Assembly: GCA_050084515.1 (NCBI GenBank)
Contig: CM114271.1
Location: forward strand, 1,922,001 to 1,986,000
Reading direction: 5' to 3'
From: Blasia pusilla
Lineage: Eukaryota
Length of the DNA: 64,000 bases
Program-made: the position numbers and the translations under genes
Notes under the pieces: model-generated
The model's database searches: none
What the model saw: the letters and a program-made list of their open reading frames with translations, nothing else
Told to the model about the DNA's origin: nothing
Part shown: in pieces, positions 62,833-64,000 of the stretch
Layout of the letters: every line of letters begins with the position of its first letter
How positions within the stretch are numbered: position 1 is the stretch's first letter

Positions 62833-63460
62833 TCTATATCTAATAATTGGCAACCCCTTACCCATAATACGACAAGATAGTGAGACAAGAGGACAAAGTA
62901 GGCAACATGTTTGAATTTTGTTGCTTTAGCCATATTAGATGGGTATAAATAGATATGAAAGATAAACCTACAGGGATTCGAGTGGAATAGAAAAATAATA
63001 ATTAACCAATTAATAATTTATTTAATATTATAGTGGGTAATTATAAATATTAATAAAATTGAGTTATTATGATAAAAAACCAAAAAATTAGAATTTTTTC
63101 CTCAATTCATATTTGATGGAAATGGAAAATAAATTTTAATGGAGAAGGAGTAGATTTTGTTTAAATTTTATGGATGGGTAAAATTACTTAGGGGATTGGA
63201 ATATCATTTAAATTTGAATGGAGGATTGTAAGAGCTTTTACGGAGGAGTGAAATTATTTCGGGGAGATGGGTATTATTTAAAGATGAAATTTTCTCACTC
63301 TTTTAAGATTTAAAATTTTGGAAATTATGTTTAAATTCTAAAATTAAATATAGTTTAAATTTTACACATAATCTTAAAAAAAATATTATTGAAAACTTTT
63401 TTTTAGGCCCTTATATTGAGGAAATTGTGTCACGTGTGCATCGCACGGGCAACATACTAG
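62833..63460 (+). mobile_element. Non-autonomous Helitron
   Basis: A|TC start, CGTGTGCATCGCACGGG hairpin, CTAG|T end, no TSD; homologous to 20557-21240. Confidence 0.78.
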
Positions 63461-64000
63461 TATAGGTTAAGGGAGGATGACTTCTTGACTTGCAAACACT
63501 ATCTAAGTGACATATGGTAGTGGGTAGAAAAAAATGCTTTAATAACTTGGTTGACAAGAAAAAAAATTGGAAGTCTTTGGGATAGCATGATCATTGGCTC
63601 TACACATAGTGCCCACTATAAACTAGTTTTGGGACTCCTAGGAGATCTATGATTCTTTGAATCACTTAAACCCAAAACCTTCACACTATCCCCCTACCCC
63701 AAAAACTTTTACTTGAGTATCTTGATTATACCTTTTCTTTAATGCCAATATTTTTTTTTAAATTGCATACAGTAATTTGCAAGAATTTTCTTCTTAATAG
63801 AAATAGTTTCACAAAAAAAAATCAATACATGAGAAAATAGAACTTTAGTTCTTTCACGGTCTTAAATTCTTTTAGCAAAAAATGGAGCTTGATAAGAGAA
63901 GTAATTGCATTTTCTTGCTCATTATTACATGCATATCTATGAGGTGCATCTTAAAAAATTTAATGAAATAATTTCAATGGTTGAGAGGGCATTCCATAAG

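Overview
Eukaryotic, land-plant-like genomic DNA. The intron-containing plant-type TFIIB fits a non-flowering plant such as a bryophyte, but that host assignment is inference. Bases ~260-43,630 are a nested retrotransposon island, followed by small non-autonomous Helitrons/MITEs and an intact 7-exon TFIIB gene (56913-60289). The standout is a retroelement family present as three full-span, decayed copies (El-1 263-19225 +; El-2 9222-18024 -, nested in El-1; El-3 30915-43511 -) and one solo terminal unit (28475-28905). Its polyprotein reads Gag(2 Zn knuckles)-protease-DNMT3-like cytosine-5 DNA methyltransferase-RT-RNase H-DDE integrase-PHD finger. Instead of two LTRs it has split direct repeats (A1-body-B1-A2-B2), no recognisable tRNA primer-binding site, TGTC...GACA ends and 4-bp target-site duplications. 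The island also holds a chromovirus-type Ty3/gypsy element and a truncated second Ty3/gypsy element, which share an unidentified ~140-aa ORF and a conserved hairpin. All alignments were made by eye; no database searches were run.
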